A stretch of DNA of 64,000 bases, taken from NCBI GenBank assembly GCA_964399865.1, contig CAYNRJ010000001.1:202050-266049 (forward strand). The letters run 5' to 3'. Origin of the DNA: an uncultured Candidatus Saccharibacteria bacterium (lineage in GTDB: Bacteria > Patescibacteriota > Minisyncoccia > Phycocordibacterales > UBA2100). Position 1 is the stretch's first letter, and every line of letters begins with the position of its first letter. A program made the translations under genes and the position numbers. The notes under the pieces were generated by a model. That model was given only the letters and a program-made list of their open reading frames with translations. It ran no database searches and was not told where the DNA came from. Shown one piece after another: positions 24,133 to 34,442 of the stretch.

Positions 24133-24297
24133 ATCAGGTATTATATTAAAATTAGTTCTGAAATACAGGATTTGAAAGCATCTCAAAAATCTTGGAAACT
24201 TCTGAATCTCTTTTGATTGCAGTCCAGTTTAAGGTTCTGAACTCGTCCAGCAGTCGGAGCAAAGAGCTAGAACCAGACCAGATGGTAAAATATCCCT

Positions 24298-24492
24298 ATG
24301 CGCATCACATCAGGTTTTAGAAAACTTATGCCTTCCATTTTAGGCGGTGCAGTTGGTATTGCTGCAGTTATCTACGGAGGCAAAGATGATAGCCCGGGAC
24401 TTCAGCTCATTGGACTAGTGATATTTATTGTCTCGATGGTAATTATGATCAAAACGAGACGAAAGATTACCTGTGATATAGAAAGTGAGTAG
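24298..24492 (+). CDS. hypothetical small membrane protein
   Basis: 64 aa, two TM helices. Confidence 0.3.
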   Translation: MRITSGFRKLMPSILGGAVGIAAVIYGGKDDSPGLQLIGLVIFIVSMVIMIKTRRKITCDIESE

Positions 24493-24849
24493 ATGGTTTA
24501 TACTTTTAGTATGTGGATTAGTAGCCGCTACCTGTATTGGGGGTTAGCACTTGCACTGCCTTTTCTCATCGCGAATGCGCTTGTCAGGATGCAAGCACAA
24601 TTTTTCCTTACATTCATTCGTCCACTCGGGGGAACCACGCGCTTTGAGCAATATCTTGTGCTTGCCCTCATCGCCCTCGTGGGTGTCGGTGGTCTGGTCT
24701 CGCTCGTACCAATCTTGAAAGAAAGGCGTTTCTATATAGTGAACGCGATCGTCGGCGTAGCGTTTATCGCCTTCGCGATTTTTGCAGGGCACGGAATCGG
24801 TTACGATTTCTACAACTGCGACATACTCAAGATCCCGAACTGCGATTGA
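24493..24849 (+). CDS. hypothetical membrane protein
   Basis: 118 aa, 3-4 TM helices. Confidence 0.35.
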   Translation: MVYTFSMWISSRYLYWGLALALPFLIANALVRMQAQFFLTFIRPLGGTTRFEQYLVLALIALVGVGGLVSLVPILKERRFYIVNAIVGVAFIAFAIFAGHGIGYDFYNCDILKIPNCD

Positions 24850-24941
24850 GAGCAACCACACGACTACACAATTTGTCGTTATTAAAGCCAGGCCTCAATT
24901 CCAAGTATCAAGTACAGTAAGCGAGATGCTACTATAATGAA

Positions 24942-26141
24942 ATGGATGTTATCTCCGGCATCTTTTCTTGGCTCGTTAACGTAGCTTCTACTCTGTTGAT
25001 CACTCTAGGCGTCGTTTCAGCTCCTGTTTCTTTGCTACCCGAAACACAGTCAATCGCGGCGGCCACAAGCACTACACAAGCTGAAACTCTGGAAGAAATG
25101 ATAACGGTCAGTCCGACGAGTACTGCCGCAATACCTCCATCCAAGGATTCTCCAAAGAAAGGTCCCTCACATGCTTCTAAGGAACTAGAACCAGAAATAG
25201 CGCCGCTGTTGGAACCTGTGAAGGTTGCAGAAGCAAAAAAAGACGTGTCGCTACAAGCGGCCTCTGAAAGAGCTCGGTCTGTTCTTGTTAACATCCAATG
25301 CCAGTCAAGATATAACACCATTGGAAAATCTACTGGAAGCGGCGTGCTAATTGATCCAAAAGGCATTATTGTAACAAACGCCCACGTGGCGCAATATTTT
25401 CTTTTAGACGAGGAGGTCGCAGATACTGATTGCATAATTCGTACAGGAAGTCCTGCAGCTCCCGCATACGATGCAGAATTGATATTCCTTTCGCCGCAAT
25501 GGTTGGGACGTCATGCACTATCCTTCTCACAAGCGTGGTCGGCAGTTAATGGAGATTACGATTATGCATTTCTAATTATTACTAAGAGCCTGACGGATGA
25601 ACCGTTACCAACGGCATTCCCCTATGTCACTCTGGCCACTGATCAGGTATCCGTAGGTGAGCAAGTTGTTATTGCCGGATATGCCGCTGAATTTTTATCA
25701 GAAGATTTGATCGATCACACACTGTACCCGACCGTTGTGTACGGGAGCGTGAAAAGCGTCCAGTCGTTCGCCGGATCGAATGCGGACGTGCTTCAGTTGG
25801 GAGGTAGTGCAGCCGCACAAGCAGGTTCGTCTGGCGGAGCTATTCTTGGCGCTGATGGGACCTTGCGAGGCATGCTCACTCTAGGATCAAGACAGGAAAG
25901 CACCGAGGAACGGACTTTCGCTGGTATTTCCGCTGATTACATCCGCCGCACGTATGAAAAAGAGGAAGGCAAATTACTAAGCAGCCTCTTAGAAATGGAC
26001 GCACGCTCTGCAGTCAATGCCTTCAAATGGCGTATCCCCGACTTAGCGCGACCTTTGATCAAAAATCTAAACAATCCAAACTTCTATTTTTTCTGCGGTA
26101 CTCCCGAACAACCCTGCCCTCCCGATGCAATTATAATTTGA
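24942..26141 (+). CDS. secreted trypsin-like serine peptidase (S1 family)
   Basis: Signal anchor, GSGVLIDPKGIIVTNAHV (His) and GSSGGAILG (Ser) motifs. Confidence 0.7.
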   Translation: MDVISGIFSWLVNVASTLLITLGVVSAPVSLLPETQSIAAATSTTQAETLEEMITVSPTSTAAIPPSKDSPKKGPSHASKELEPEIAPLLEPVKVAEAKKDVSLQAASERARSVLVNIQCQSRYNTIGKSTGSGVLIDPKGIIVTNAHVAQYFLLDEEVADTDCIIRTGSPAAPAYDAELIFLSPQWLGRHALSFSQAWSAVNGDYDYAFLIITKSLTDEPLPTAFPYVTLATDQVSVGEQVVIAGYAAEFLSEDLIDHTLYPTVVYGSVKSVQSFAGSNADVLQLGGSAAAQAGSSGGAILGADGTLRGMLTLGSRQESTEERTFAGISADYIRRTYEKEEGKLLSSLLEMDARSAVNAFKWRIPDLARPLIKNLNNPNFYFFCGTPEQPCPPDAIII

Positions 26142-26212
26142 GAACGTCATAACTGTTGCCCGGTCTTAATAATACAGAGCCTCACATCTTTGCGCATATG
26201 TAAGATCTAAAT

Positions 26213-26395
26213 ATGACATCAAAATCTAAACTGTATGGAATTGCATCTGTATTACTTATTGAAGCGCTCGTATTCCTTGGAGTAACCTGGTGGATAAACG
26301 GTCGCGACGATACATGGTTCTACGCAATTTGCGTAATAACCATTCTGACATCATTTGTCCCGATACTCTCTAAAAAGAGCAGGGGCAAAGATTAG
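26213..26395 (+). CDS. hypothetical small membrane protein
   Basis: 60 aa, two TM helices. Confidence 0.3.
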   Translation: MTSKSKLYGIASVLLIEALVFLGVTWWINGRDDTWFYAICVITILTSFVPILSKKSRGKD

Positions 26396-26436
26396 TAACA
26401 AATGGGGCTTCTCGATGTTCGCATCGGATTGTTATA

Positions 26437-26805
26437 TTACTTACGCAAAATTTTCTCCATCTTCCTCCCCTTCGCTAATTCATCGATCAATTTATCGAGG
26501 TAGCGAATTTCCCTCATGGTCGGATCTTTTATGTCCTCTAGCCTAACCCCGCAGATCACCCCGGTGATGAGAGAGCGAGCAGGGTTTAAGTGCGGCGCTG
26601 TCGCATAAAAGGTTTCTAAATCAGTTTCCTTTTTCAGCTCTTTCTTTAATGATTCCTGACTGTGCCCAGTGAACCATCGTATGACCTGATCTACTTCCTT
26701 TTTAGTCCGTCCTTTTCTTTTTGCTTTTTCGACGTATAGCGGATAGATTCTCGCAAAACTCATTGTATAGATACGATGCTTTTTCGCGGGATCTGCCTCC
26801 TTCAT
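26437..26805 (-). CDS. DUF2200 family protein
   Basis: [36 protein letters not shown] matches the DUF2200 N-terminal consensus. Confidence 0.6.
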   Translation of the reverse strand: MKEADPAKKHRIYTMSFARIYPLYVEKAKRKGRTKKEVDQVIRWFTGHSQESLKKELKKETDLETFYATAPHLNPARSLITGVICGVRLEDIKDPTMREIRYLDKLIDELAKGRKMEKILRK

Positions 26806-26969
26806 ATACTTTTCTTGATTTTAACACGATGAGCCCTGTATAATTCTTTATGCGTAAAAAGGGTTAGCGTTCGCAATCCTTACTATCCTAGAGAAAACGC
26901 TCTCAAAATTGAGTGGTGGGATGCGCAGACCGTGCTGTTGGGCCGGTTGTACACATCGCTAGATGATTC

Positions 26970-27296
26970 TTAGCGCGAAAGCCTTGATCTCAGCATTTCC
27001 GCGATATTAAGGCGGCTAGCTCCCCCTCCTCCAAAGCCACCGGACCCTCCGCTTCCTGCACTTGCTCCTCCGTTGTTACTAGATCCCCCGGTTGACGAAA
27101 TACTGCCGCCATTTCCGCTCGGTGCGCCGCCGCCACTACCGCCGTTTCCACCATTCCCGGCATGAGCGCCACCATTATTATCATTCCCTGGACCCGCGAT
27201 CACTGATCCTCCGTTTCCGCCTGAAGCAGCAAATGCCGGGGTCGCCGAGAGTGTTGTAATAACCAAAATTGAGATAACGAATATTTTCTTAACCAT
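26970..27296 (-). CDS. secreted glycine-rich protein
   Basis: Signal peptide MVKKIFVISILVITTLSATPAFA followed by GGNGG/GSGG repeats. Confidence 0.45.
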   Translation of the reverse strand: MVKKIFVISILVITTLSATPAFAASGGNGGSVIAGPGNDNNGGAHAGNGGNGGSGGGAPSGNGGSISSTGGSSNNGGASAGSGGSGGFGGGGASRLNIAEMLRSRLSR

Positions 27297-27388
27297 ATGG
27301 AAATACATTACAACAAGAGTGAAATGGCATTCCACTCTATTTTGTGTCGTAGAATGCGACTCTCATCGTTGGAAAATAGCTTCACACT

Positions 27389-28186
27389 TTAACTTCGCAG
27401 GAGTTTGTTTCGATAGATAATTGAAACGAGCGCAAAGCTCAAAATGAGGAGGAGGAACCACGAGCCAATCTTGTTAATGGAGACAAGTTGCCAGTACTCC
27501 GCTTGATTTGGATAACGCCATATTTGTGTGAAAGTCCCGATATTCTCAGCGATCCAGACGAAGAGCGAAGTTAATAGCACCGTGAGGAGAAACGGCATTG
27601 TCCGCTCCTTACGGTACACTTGAAAATGCACTTTCGTTTTGAAGAAAATTACTAGTACATACACAAACAGCAGATAGCGAATGTCGTAGAAATAATGGTG
27701 CGTGAAGAAGTTGAAATAAATGAGAGCCGCAAGTATCCAGAGATGGAAATAGGCCGGGAAATTCTCATATGAGAGCTTAAGAAATGTGAACGCACGCGAA
27801 ATATAACTTCCTATCGCCGAATACAGGAAACCCGTAAAGAGCGGCACCGTACCAATTGCGAAGACTGAAGTTCCTACAGCCGGGTATACCCACGAACCGA
27901 TATCTGGATGCGTCTTAAAGAGCTCCATTCCTGTTGCCAATATATGAAAGAGGAAGATGATGAAAAATTCCTTTAGCGTTTCCAATCGAAATATCAATGC
28001 ACATAGCTGAAATAAGACTGCAGCAATAAAAATGAAATCGTAACGGCTGATCCAAGGAATGGTAATGATCTCAGTAAGGAGGAATGTCGAGAGGAGAAAC
28101 GCGCCAAAATAGGTCGCCTTTAGATTTGCGAGGAAAAAATACCACAGCTCGATAAAATGAGTTCGCACCCTTTTATTATGCACCAT
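27389..28186 (-). CDS. polytopic integral membrane protein (DUF817-like?)
   Basis: 265 aa with about 8 TM helices; family call is tentative. Confidence 0.45.
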   Translation of the reverse strand: MVHNKRVRTHFIELWYFFLANLKATYFGAFLLSTFLLTEIITIPWISRYDFIFIAAVLFQLCALIFRLETLKEFFIIFLFHILATGMELFKTHPDIGSWVYPAVGTSVFAIGTVPLFTGFLYSAIGSYISRAFTFLKLSYENFPAYFHLWILAALIYFNFFTHHYFYDIRYLLFVYVLVIFFKTKVHFQVYRKERTMPFLLTVLLTSLFVWIAENIGTFTQIWRYPNQAEYWQLVSINKIGSWFLLLILSFALVSIIYRNKLLRS

Positions 28187-28233
28187 GTGCTCTGGAAAGC
28201 CGCGCTCGATGCCTTTATCCGTCCGTGATTAAT

Positions 28234-28632
28234 TTAGTTTGCGTCGTGCATCTCGGTTATCGTGAATATTCCCTTCATATTGTATTTCGCCCAATGATCT
28301 GAGCTTAGTGCTTCTTTGATCACGACAAACCCGTTCGCAGTGATATGTTCTCCGCTCATGAACTGCTCCATAGCTGAGCCCGACGCACCAAAATTAACTG
28401 CGTAATACACGCCGTCATCCGTTTTCAATCCGAACGCACATTCATCCGTCTGAGGTCCCGACTCGTCTAGGTGCGGCAAACACACATATGTACCTGAGAG
28501 CGTTACGTTTTGAGGAGTAGGGTCTAACTCCTCTGCCTCCTTAGGAGACGAGCTGGAAAAGGTAACGAACGCGAGAAATCCAATAATGAGAACCGCGGCA
28601 ATCGCGAGAAGTGTGCTGTTTTTCGTATTCAT
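28234..28632 (-). CDS. hypothetical secreted protein
   Basis: 132 aa, N-terminal signal anchor. Confidence 0.45.
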   Translation of the reverse strand: MNTKNSTLLAIAAVLIIGFLAFVTFSSSSPKEAEELDPTPQNVTLSGTYVCLPHLDESGPQTDECAFGLKTDDGVYYAVNFGASGSAMEQFMSGEHITANGFVVIKEALSSDHWAKYNMKGIFTITEMHDAN

Positions 28633-28985
28633 AGAAAAAATATATCATACCCGCCCTGTTATAATCGAAGAATGAACATAAAAAGCTGGCTTCTGTATCT
28701 TACAAATAACGAAAACGTATCGCGTCATGAGCAAGGGTTCGATATCGCCTTTTTTATCGTTAACACACTCGCCGTGACTCTGGGTGGTGCGTACTGCGCT
28801 TACATCGGAGAATGGCAGTGGGTACCATTTCTCATTATCGAATACACGTGGGCCATCGACACAATGCGGCACAATAGACCATAAGCTATTATCGCAAAAC
28901 AAAAAGACACTCTTCGTGAGTGTCTTTTGTATGAGGAAAACCTCATCAGCTCCCCTCCTCGCTCCCAAACCTATTTTGTCCGCGC

Positions 28986-29600
28986 TTAAGAATCGTCTCG
29001 TCCTACTTCAACTTCTTCGAGTTTTTGATTCGTCACGTAGAACGTACGGGTTTTAGCAACTGTTGGCGTAGCGGTGAATGGTTCGCCTTCTCCGCGCACG
29101 AGCGTTTGTACAGTAACGCGATAGTCAGCATTCGAATCATTAACTAGTTCGCCGATGCCAACTCTTGATACCTCGATCCGATCCCCGAGAAATGCCTCGG
29201 ACTTTTTGGTGAACGTGTTCCCTGACACATCAAAAAGGACAAGGTAGTAGAACGTACCTGTCCCACCACTATTCACTGCAAGAATCGCCGCAAGATCCGT
29301 TCTACCCTTTTTTCCCCAGACTGCAGACATATCATCCACCACAGTAACCATTCCTTCGTCAGCAGAGCCTGCTTCTATGCTGAACATTGCCTCTCCATCT
29401 TTCAGTGTGACTACTGCGTCAGAATCAGGGACGGTAATCGTGGCATTCTGCAATAGAGTGCCCGCGGATACGCTGTCTTCTTCCTCAGTAATCGTAAGTG
29501 GAGGCACTTCGGATGAAGTCTCGTCTTTCTTCAGTAGCGCAAACGCACCGATGCCTATAAGAATAAGGATTATAAGTACCGTCCAGAATGCAGGTTTCAT
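28986..29600 (-). CDS. hypothetical membrane-anchored extracellular protein
   Basis: The start is at the internal MKPAFWTVLIILI signal anchor. Confidence 0.4.
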   Translation of the reverse strand: MKPAFWTVLIILILIGIGAFALLKKDETSSEVPPLTITEEEDSVSAGTLLQNATITVPDSDAVVTLKDGEAMFSIEAGSADEGMVTVVDDMSAVWGKKGRTDLAAILAVNSGGTGTFYYLVLFDVSGNTFTKKSEAFLGDRIEVSRVGIGELVNDSNADYRVTVQTLVRGEGEPFTATPTVAKTRTFYVTNQKLEEVEVGRDDS

Positions 29601-29637
29601 ATATGGTAAGTATATTGTAGTAAAATGAGGGCGCAAA

Positions 29638-29958
29638 CTAAATCCGCGGATCATTTTGTGCGATCCAATTGATCGCATCTCCTAGAACAGTATTGTCAAA
29701 AAATTGCAGCATTATGCTGGCAACAACGGCAGTTACCACGGTCGAGCCGATGATGAATCCCATTCCGTAGATCACACCATTTCTAAGCACATGCCACACG
29801 GACATTTGTTGCTTTATCCGACGATTTAGCACTTCAAGATTACTGACTACTTCATCACGCGATGAGACAGGAAAATCAGTCATAGTAATACCTATTGTAG
29901 CACCGGATTCCGTTCGGGATATAATGCGGCTCATGAAATGGATAGTACGGATCCTCAT
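29638..29958 (-). CDS. hypothetical small membrane protein
   Basis: 106 aa, one TM helix. Confidence 0.35.
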   Translation of the reverse strand: MRIRTIHFMSRIISRTESGATIGITMTDFPVSSRDEVVSNLEVLNRRIKQQMSVWHVLRNGVIYGMGFIIGSTVVTAVVASIMLQFFDNTVLGDAINWIAQNDPRI

Positions 29959-30442
29959 ACTTCTTATCGTTGTCGTCGGACTTTTCTACGCGCTGAATGG
30001 CTATATCTACAATGAGAAGCAGGGCGCAGAGACTCCCGCACTATCGAACGGCGAACATCTTGGATTCATTCATGCGCTGATAGATAACAACACTGCTATG
30101 GATTTTGACGATGCAATCTGGCTTACGGGAACTGCAGCAGAGGACGCAGCGATTGCGGCCGGAATCTGCACGGAGGAAACTCGAAATGAATGCACACCGA
30201 ACGGTTACTTCATACAGAACTCTACACGGGACGATGCGCGTATTTCTATCGATCCGCAAACAGTAGTCGTCATGCAGACAAAGAATATGGAAGAAACGGG
30301 CGGTATAGAGGCGAAACAAATATCTCTGACCGAATTCGCATCTCTCATTAACGACCAGAATCTTCACTGGAATGAGCTTCCATACACGATCACCATTACA
30401 AACAATACAGTCACTCGTATTGCCGAGGTCTATATTCCATAA
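29924..30442 (+). CDS. hypothetical secreted protein
   Basis: 172 aa, N-terminal signal anchor. Confidence 0.4.
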   Translation: MRLMKWIVRILILLIVVVGLFYALNGYIYNEKQGAETPALSNGEHLGFIHALIDNNTAMDFDDAIWLTGTAAEDAAIAAGICTEETRNECTPNGYFIQNSTRDDARISIDPQTVVVMQTKNMEETGGIEAKQISLTEFASLINDQNLHWNELPYTITITNNTVTRIAEVYIP

Positions 30443-30445
30443 ACA

Positions 30446-30931
30446 ATGAAAACTCAACTTACCTCAGAAGAAGGTGCCGAAAAGCTACACAGTAAACTTC
30501 ACTTTGAACGGAGATGGGATGATCGCATTGCTGATTTCCTCACGCACTACTTTGGTACGGTGCATTTTCTTATTTTCAATGCAATTTTCTTTACACTTTG
30601 GATAATTCGTAACACTCCTTGGTTTGGGTTTACTCCCTTTGATCCCTTCCCTTTCGGATTACTCACCATGATCGTTTCTCTTGAAGCGATCGTCCTATCG
30701 GTTATCGTACTCATTTCACAAAACCGACAAAGCAAGATCTCCGACATTCGACAACGTATTGAGTTCGAGGTTGATGTTCGTTCCGAGGAAGAGGCGACGA
30801 AGACATTGCAGATGCTCCACGAACTGCATTCTCACTTTGGGATAAAGACTAAACACGGAGGAGATCTTCGACGTATGGAAAAGCAGACAGATCTCGAAGG
30901 AATTCGACGCTCTCTCGAACGAGGAGAATAA
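30446..30931 (+). CDS. DUF1003 family membrane protein
   Basis: Two TM helices and the conserved LSxEAIxLSxxVL region; paralog of the ORF at 12024-12461. Confidence 0.55.
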   Translation: MKTQLTSEEGAEKLHSKLHFERRWDDRIADFLTHYFGTVHFLIFNAIFFTLWIIRNTPWFGFTPFDPFPFGLLTMIVSLEAIVLSVIVLISQNRQSKISDIRQRIEFEVDVRSEEEATKTLQMLHELHSHFGIKTKHGGDLRRMEKQTDLEGIRRSLERGE

Positions 30932-30956
30932 ATGTTTTGCGGTATACTGGTCCGTT

Positions 30957-32384
30957 ATGATATCTAAAATCGATAAGCGGTGGCTCGCTCTTATAGTTCT
31001 CATGCTCGGCGATCTTATGATCGTGCTCGATTCGACGATCGTAAACGTCGCACTCCCTTCCATCAAAGAAAGCCTCGCATTTACTGAGACTTCTCTTGTA
31101 TGGGTCGTGAACGCGTACTTACTTACATTCGGCGGGCTTCTTCTCCTTGGTGGACGATTGGGAGATATATTTGGCCCACGTCGTCTTTTCCTCATTGGCC
31201 TTTCAATATTTACTATCGCCTCTCTCGCCTGCGGACTCGCCTCTTCCCAGGAGATGCTTATCATCGCTCGCGCTGTACAGGGTATCGGGGGCGCCATCGT
31301 CTCTGCGGTTGGTCTTTCCCTTCTCATGAATCTATTTACAGAGACTAGCGAGCGTGCAAAAGCAATGGGACTTTTTGGATTCGTAATGGCGGGTGGTGGC
31401 ACTATTGGAGTCCTTCTTGGAGGAGTCCTCACCGGTGCCCTTAATTGGCACTGGATCTTCCTCGTCAACATTCCGATAGGTATCGCGGTATTCGTTCTCT
31501 GTTTTATGCTGTTACCCCACAGCAGAAGAGAAAACGCTCCAGGACATTTGGATATAGGAGGCGCTATTACTGTCACCGCTTCTTTAATGCTTGCAGTGTA
31601 TGCAATCGTGAAGGGCAACGAGCTAGGGTGGACTTCGTTTCAGACGTTAGGAATGCTCGCGATGTCAGCCACCCTTCTTGCGTTGTTCATCTTCATTGAG
31701 AGTAGGGTCCGTTCCCCTCTCATGCCCCTTACACTTTTCCGTAAGCGATCCGTTACTGTAGCAAACATAATGAGTGTCCTTTGGGCAGCAGCAATGTTTG
31801 CATGGTTCTTTATCTCTGCCCTCTATCTTCAAGTTGTGCTTGGATACACACCAATGCAAGTGGGGCTCGCATTCATTCCCGCGAACATCATCATGGCTGC
31901 ATTTTCGGTAGGTCTATCTGCGAAACTAGTAATGCGATTCGGGCTCCGAATTCCACTCGTACTTGGACTTTCGCTCGCTGCAATCGGCCTCGCACTCTTT
32001 GGATTCTCACCAGTTGATGGCAGTTTCGTATGGCATGTGCTCCCAGGCATGACGCTCCTTGGAATTGGAGCGGGTATGGCATTCAATCCAATCCTTCTTG
32101 CCGCCATGAATGATGTCTCTCAAGAGGAATCGGGTCTTGCCTCTGGAGTCGTTAACACCGCCTTTATGATGGGAGGAGCAGTCGGTCTTGCGATACTCGC
32201 TTCCCTTGCTGCATCAAAGACCATGTCACTGATAAGTGCGGGTACAGAACAAATAGCAGCAGTAAATGGTGGGTATCATCTCGCCTTTCTTGTTGGGGCA
32301 GCATTTGCCGCGATTGCAGCGCTCATTGGTGCAGTCTTTCTCCGAGGAGGTGTGTCTACGAACACATCCCATTCCGTTCATTAA
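30957..32384 (+). CDS. MFS transporter, 14-TM drug:H+ antiporter (DHA2-like)
   Basis: 475 aa, 14 predicted TM helices, MFS motif A (GGRLGDIFGPRR). Confidence 0.85.
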   Translation: MISKIDKRWLALIVLMLGDLMIVLDSTIVNVALPSIKESLAFTETSLVWVVNAYLLTFGGLLLLGGRLGDIFGPRRLFLIGLSIFTIASLACGLASSQEMLIIARAVQGIGGAIVSAVGLSLLMNLFTETSERAKAMGLFGFVMAGGGTIGVLLGGVLTGALNWHWIFLVNIPIGIAVFVLCFMLLPHSRRENAPGHLDIGGAITVTASLMLAVYAIVKGNELGWTSFQTLGMLAMSATLLALFIFIESRVRSPLMPLTLFRKRSVTVANIMSVLWAAAMFAWFFISALYLQVVLGYTPMQVGLAFIPANIIMAAFSVGLSAKLVMRFGLRIPLVLGLSLAAIGLALFGFSPVDGSFVWHVLPGMTLLGIGAGMAFNPILLAAMNDVSQEESGLASGVVNTAFMMGGAVGLAILASLAASKTMSLISAGTEQIAAVNGGYHLAFLVGAAFAAIAALIGAVFLRGGVSTNTSHSVH

Positions 32385-32407
32385 TAAATACTCGTAATAT
32401 TTACTTC

Positions 32408-32773
32408 ATGAGCACGTCATATGAAGTAAGTAGTATGAAAGCATTATTTTGGATTTTGATTATTACGTGTGCGCTTCTCGGCGCTTTCTGGTGGATAAAT
32501 CAGTACACCGAGAAAAATGTTACGCCTCCGACCACGGAGGAGCCGACTCGATATATGGATATTGAGAGCTACGTGCGTACTAGCATAAACGAACTCTCCC
32601 CAACAAAAGCGGTGCTCGGCGGTACTTTCTTTGTAACTAAAATCGAGACTGCAAATGGAGTCGGAGTTGTCGAATACGAAGATGGTCACATCGCGCTGAT
32701 CGCAGATTTCACCTACGTAATTGAAGAGTCAGGAAAACCTACTGTACTGAAGTTTATTATTCGTGGATCTTAA
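32408..32773 (+). CDS. hypothetical secreted protein
   Basis: Signal anchor at the internal MKALFWILIITCALL. Confidence 0.35.
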   Translation: MSTSYEVSSMKALFWILIITCALLGAFWWINQYTEKNVTPPTTEEPTRYMDIESYVRTSINELSPTKAVLGGTFFVTKIETANGVGVVEYEDGHIALIADFTYVIEESGKPTVLKFIIRGS

Positions 32774-33044
32774 ACAACATATGAGACTCCCCTCCTCTCG
32801 CCTCGGACTTATTTTCGCCGCGATATACATTCTCCTAGCGGTATATCTTATTATTACGCAAGGTCTTTTTGGCGAGAGCTTTATCGCGATTATCCTCGGA
32901 TTGCCGTGGACACTTCTTCTATCTCTCATCGAGTTTGGTGGCGCGAGCGGTCCCTTCTTATACGTTCTTATTATTGCTCCGATGGCATTAAACGCTTTTA
33001 TTCTGTATCTCATCGGCTCGCTGTTCTCAAGGAGACGAGTGTAA
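32763..33044 (+). CDS. hypothetical small membrane protein
   Basis: 93 aa, three TM helices. Confidence 0.35.
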   Translation: MDLKQHMRLPSSRLGLIFAAIYILLAVYLIITQGLFGESFIAIILGLPWTLLLSLIEFGGASGPFLYVLIIAPMALNAFILYLIGSLFSRRRV

Positions 33045-33080
33045 ATACTCTTCATTTGCTATTCAGGTTAGTCGCTCATT

Positions 33081-33344
33081 ATGAAGAGCATGAACGCCGA
33101 AAAAAGCTTCATGCAAATCTTTAATACCTACGCGGATGATGTTTTTCGTCATTCGATCTCAACGGGGCTTGGTAGAGAAAGCTCGCTCGAAGTCACGAGA
33201 GAGACGTTTGAACGCGTATGGCGCCTCGCCGCTAAGAAAGGGCGCGTAGAGTATCGCACCATATTTGAAGCCCTCGAGGATGTCTTGAATAGCCAAAAGG
33301 AGCTCGTGCATATGCATTTCGGTAAGCTCGTGAGGTCTTCATGA
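33081..33344 (+). CDS. hypothetical protein
   Basis: 87 aa, no recognised family. Confidence 0.3.
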   Translation: MKSMNAEKSFMQIFNTYADDVFRHSISTGLGRESSLEVTRETFERVWRLAAKKGRVEYRTIFEALEDVLNSQKELVHMHFGKLVRSS

Positions 33345-33398
33345 ATCCTTCAGCAAATAGTGCTAGTGTTAATTCATATTCATTAACATTTTCACTGT

Positions 33399-34073
33399 AT
33401 GCGCCTTCTTGTAGTTGAAGATGACGAAAATGCGGCGAAAAACCTAAAGCGTTTACTAGAGAGCCGCGGATTCGCAATAGACCTCCTTCCTAATGCTGAA
33501 AAGGCATACCCAAGAATTCTTTTATATCGACAGGACTATTCCCTCATTCTCCTCGACCTCGGGCTTCCAGGAACCGGCGGTCTCGAACTTACGAAATCAC
33601 TACGAAAAGAAGGAATTACGATTCCTATAATAATCATCACAGGGCGCAGTGAGACAAAGGACAAAATAGAAGTCTTGAATTCTGGTGCGGATGATTACGT
33701 TGTGAAGCCTTTCTCCTCCGAGGAGCTAATTGCGCGCATTCACTCAGTACTCCGTCGCGAGCCTGTGGTGAGACCAGTCGTCCATAAGGTGGGTACTTTG
33801 GAAATTGACACGGCCGCGAGACGTGTAAAAAGCAATGGAAAAGAGATTCCTCTTACCCTCAAAGAGTATTCCCTCTTCGAGTGCTTCATCCGTCGACCGA
33901 ACGAAGTGGTGCGCCGTGAAGAACTGACCGATCAGGTCTGGGACTTTAACGCAGTCTCGTGGAGCAACGTCCTTGAGGTGCATATAAAAAATTTGAGAAA
34001 GAAGCTCGGGACTGACGAGGATCAGGCTCGCCTCGAGACAGTCCGCGGTGTTGGCTATAGACTTGTTGTATGA
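33399..34073 (+). CDS. OmpR-family response regulator (REC + winged-helix)
   Basis: D-D-K receiver residues (LLDLGLPG) and a C-terminal Trans_reg_C domain ending RGVGYRLV. Confidence 0.88.
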   Translation: MRLLVVEDDENAAKNLKRLLESRGFAIDLLPNAEKAYPRILLYRQDYSLILLDLGLPGTGGLELTKSLRKEGITIPIIIITGRSETKDKIEVLNSGADDYVVKPFSSEELIARIHSVLRREPVVRPVVHKVGTLEIDTAARRVKSNGKEIPLTLKEYSLFECFIRRPNEVVRREELTDQVWDFNAVSWSNVLEVHIKNLRKKLGTDEDQARLETVRGVGYRLVV

Positions 34074-34264
34074 CAGAAACTAACGCAGACATAGGAAAAA
34101 TTGTGCACGACCTCAGATCGTCCCTCGCCGTTATACAAACCTCGGCAGAAGCGGGACTACTTGAGCCAAAGCTCTCCGCCTCAACTCGCGAAACTTTGGA
34201 GGACATTTTGAAGGCGGTTCAAACTGCTGCAGAGACATCGAGCAAAATCCCTCTTTCCCGATGA
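34070..34264 (+). CDS. 64-aa His-box (HisKA/DHp-like) mini-protein without catalytic ATPase domain
   Basis: IVHDLRSSLAVIQTSAE is a canonical H-box. The ORF overlaps the regulator stop (ATGA) and is followed by a terminator. Confidence 0.45.
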   Translation: MTETNADIGKIVHDLRSSLAVIQTSAEAGLLEPKLSASTRETLEDILKAVQTAAETSSKIPLSR

Positions 34265-34298
34265 AAAGAGATTGTTTGGGTACTGCCCAGAACGAAAA

Positions 34299-34330
34299 CG
34301 CCGCCCCGATGGGGCGGCGTATCTTTTATC
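34299..34330 (+). terminator. intrinsic terminator
   Basis: CGCCGCCCC-GAT-GGGGCGGCG followed by TATCTTTTATC. Confidence 0.55.
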
Positions 34331-34442
34331 TGTGCTTTCGGCGGCGCTTACCACCTGGTGGTTTGGAATAGTTCCGCTTCTTAGCTTTTGCCTTTGCCAT
34401 ATGTCGATATCCTAGCACACCAAAATACGGCTGTCCTCTTCA

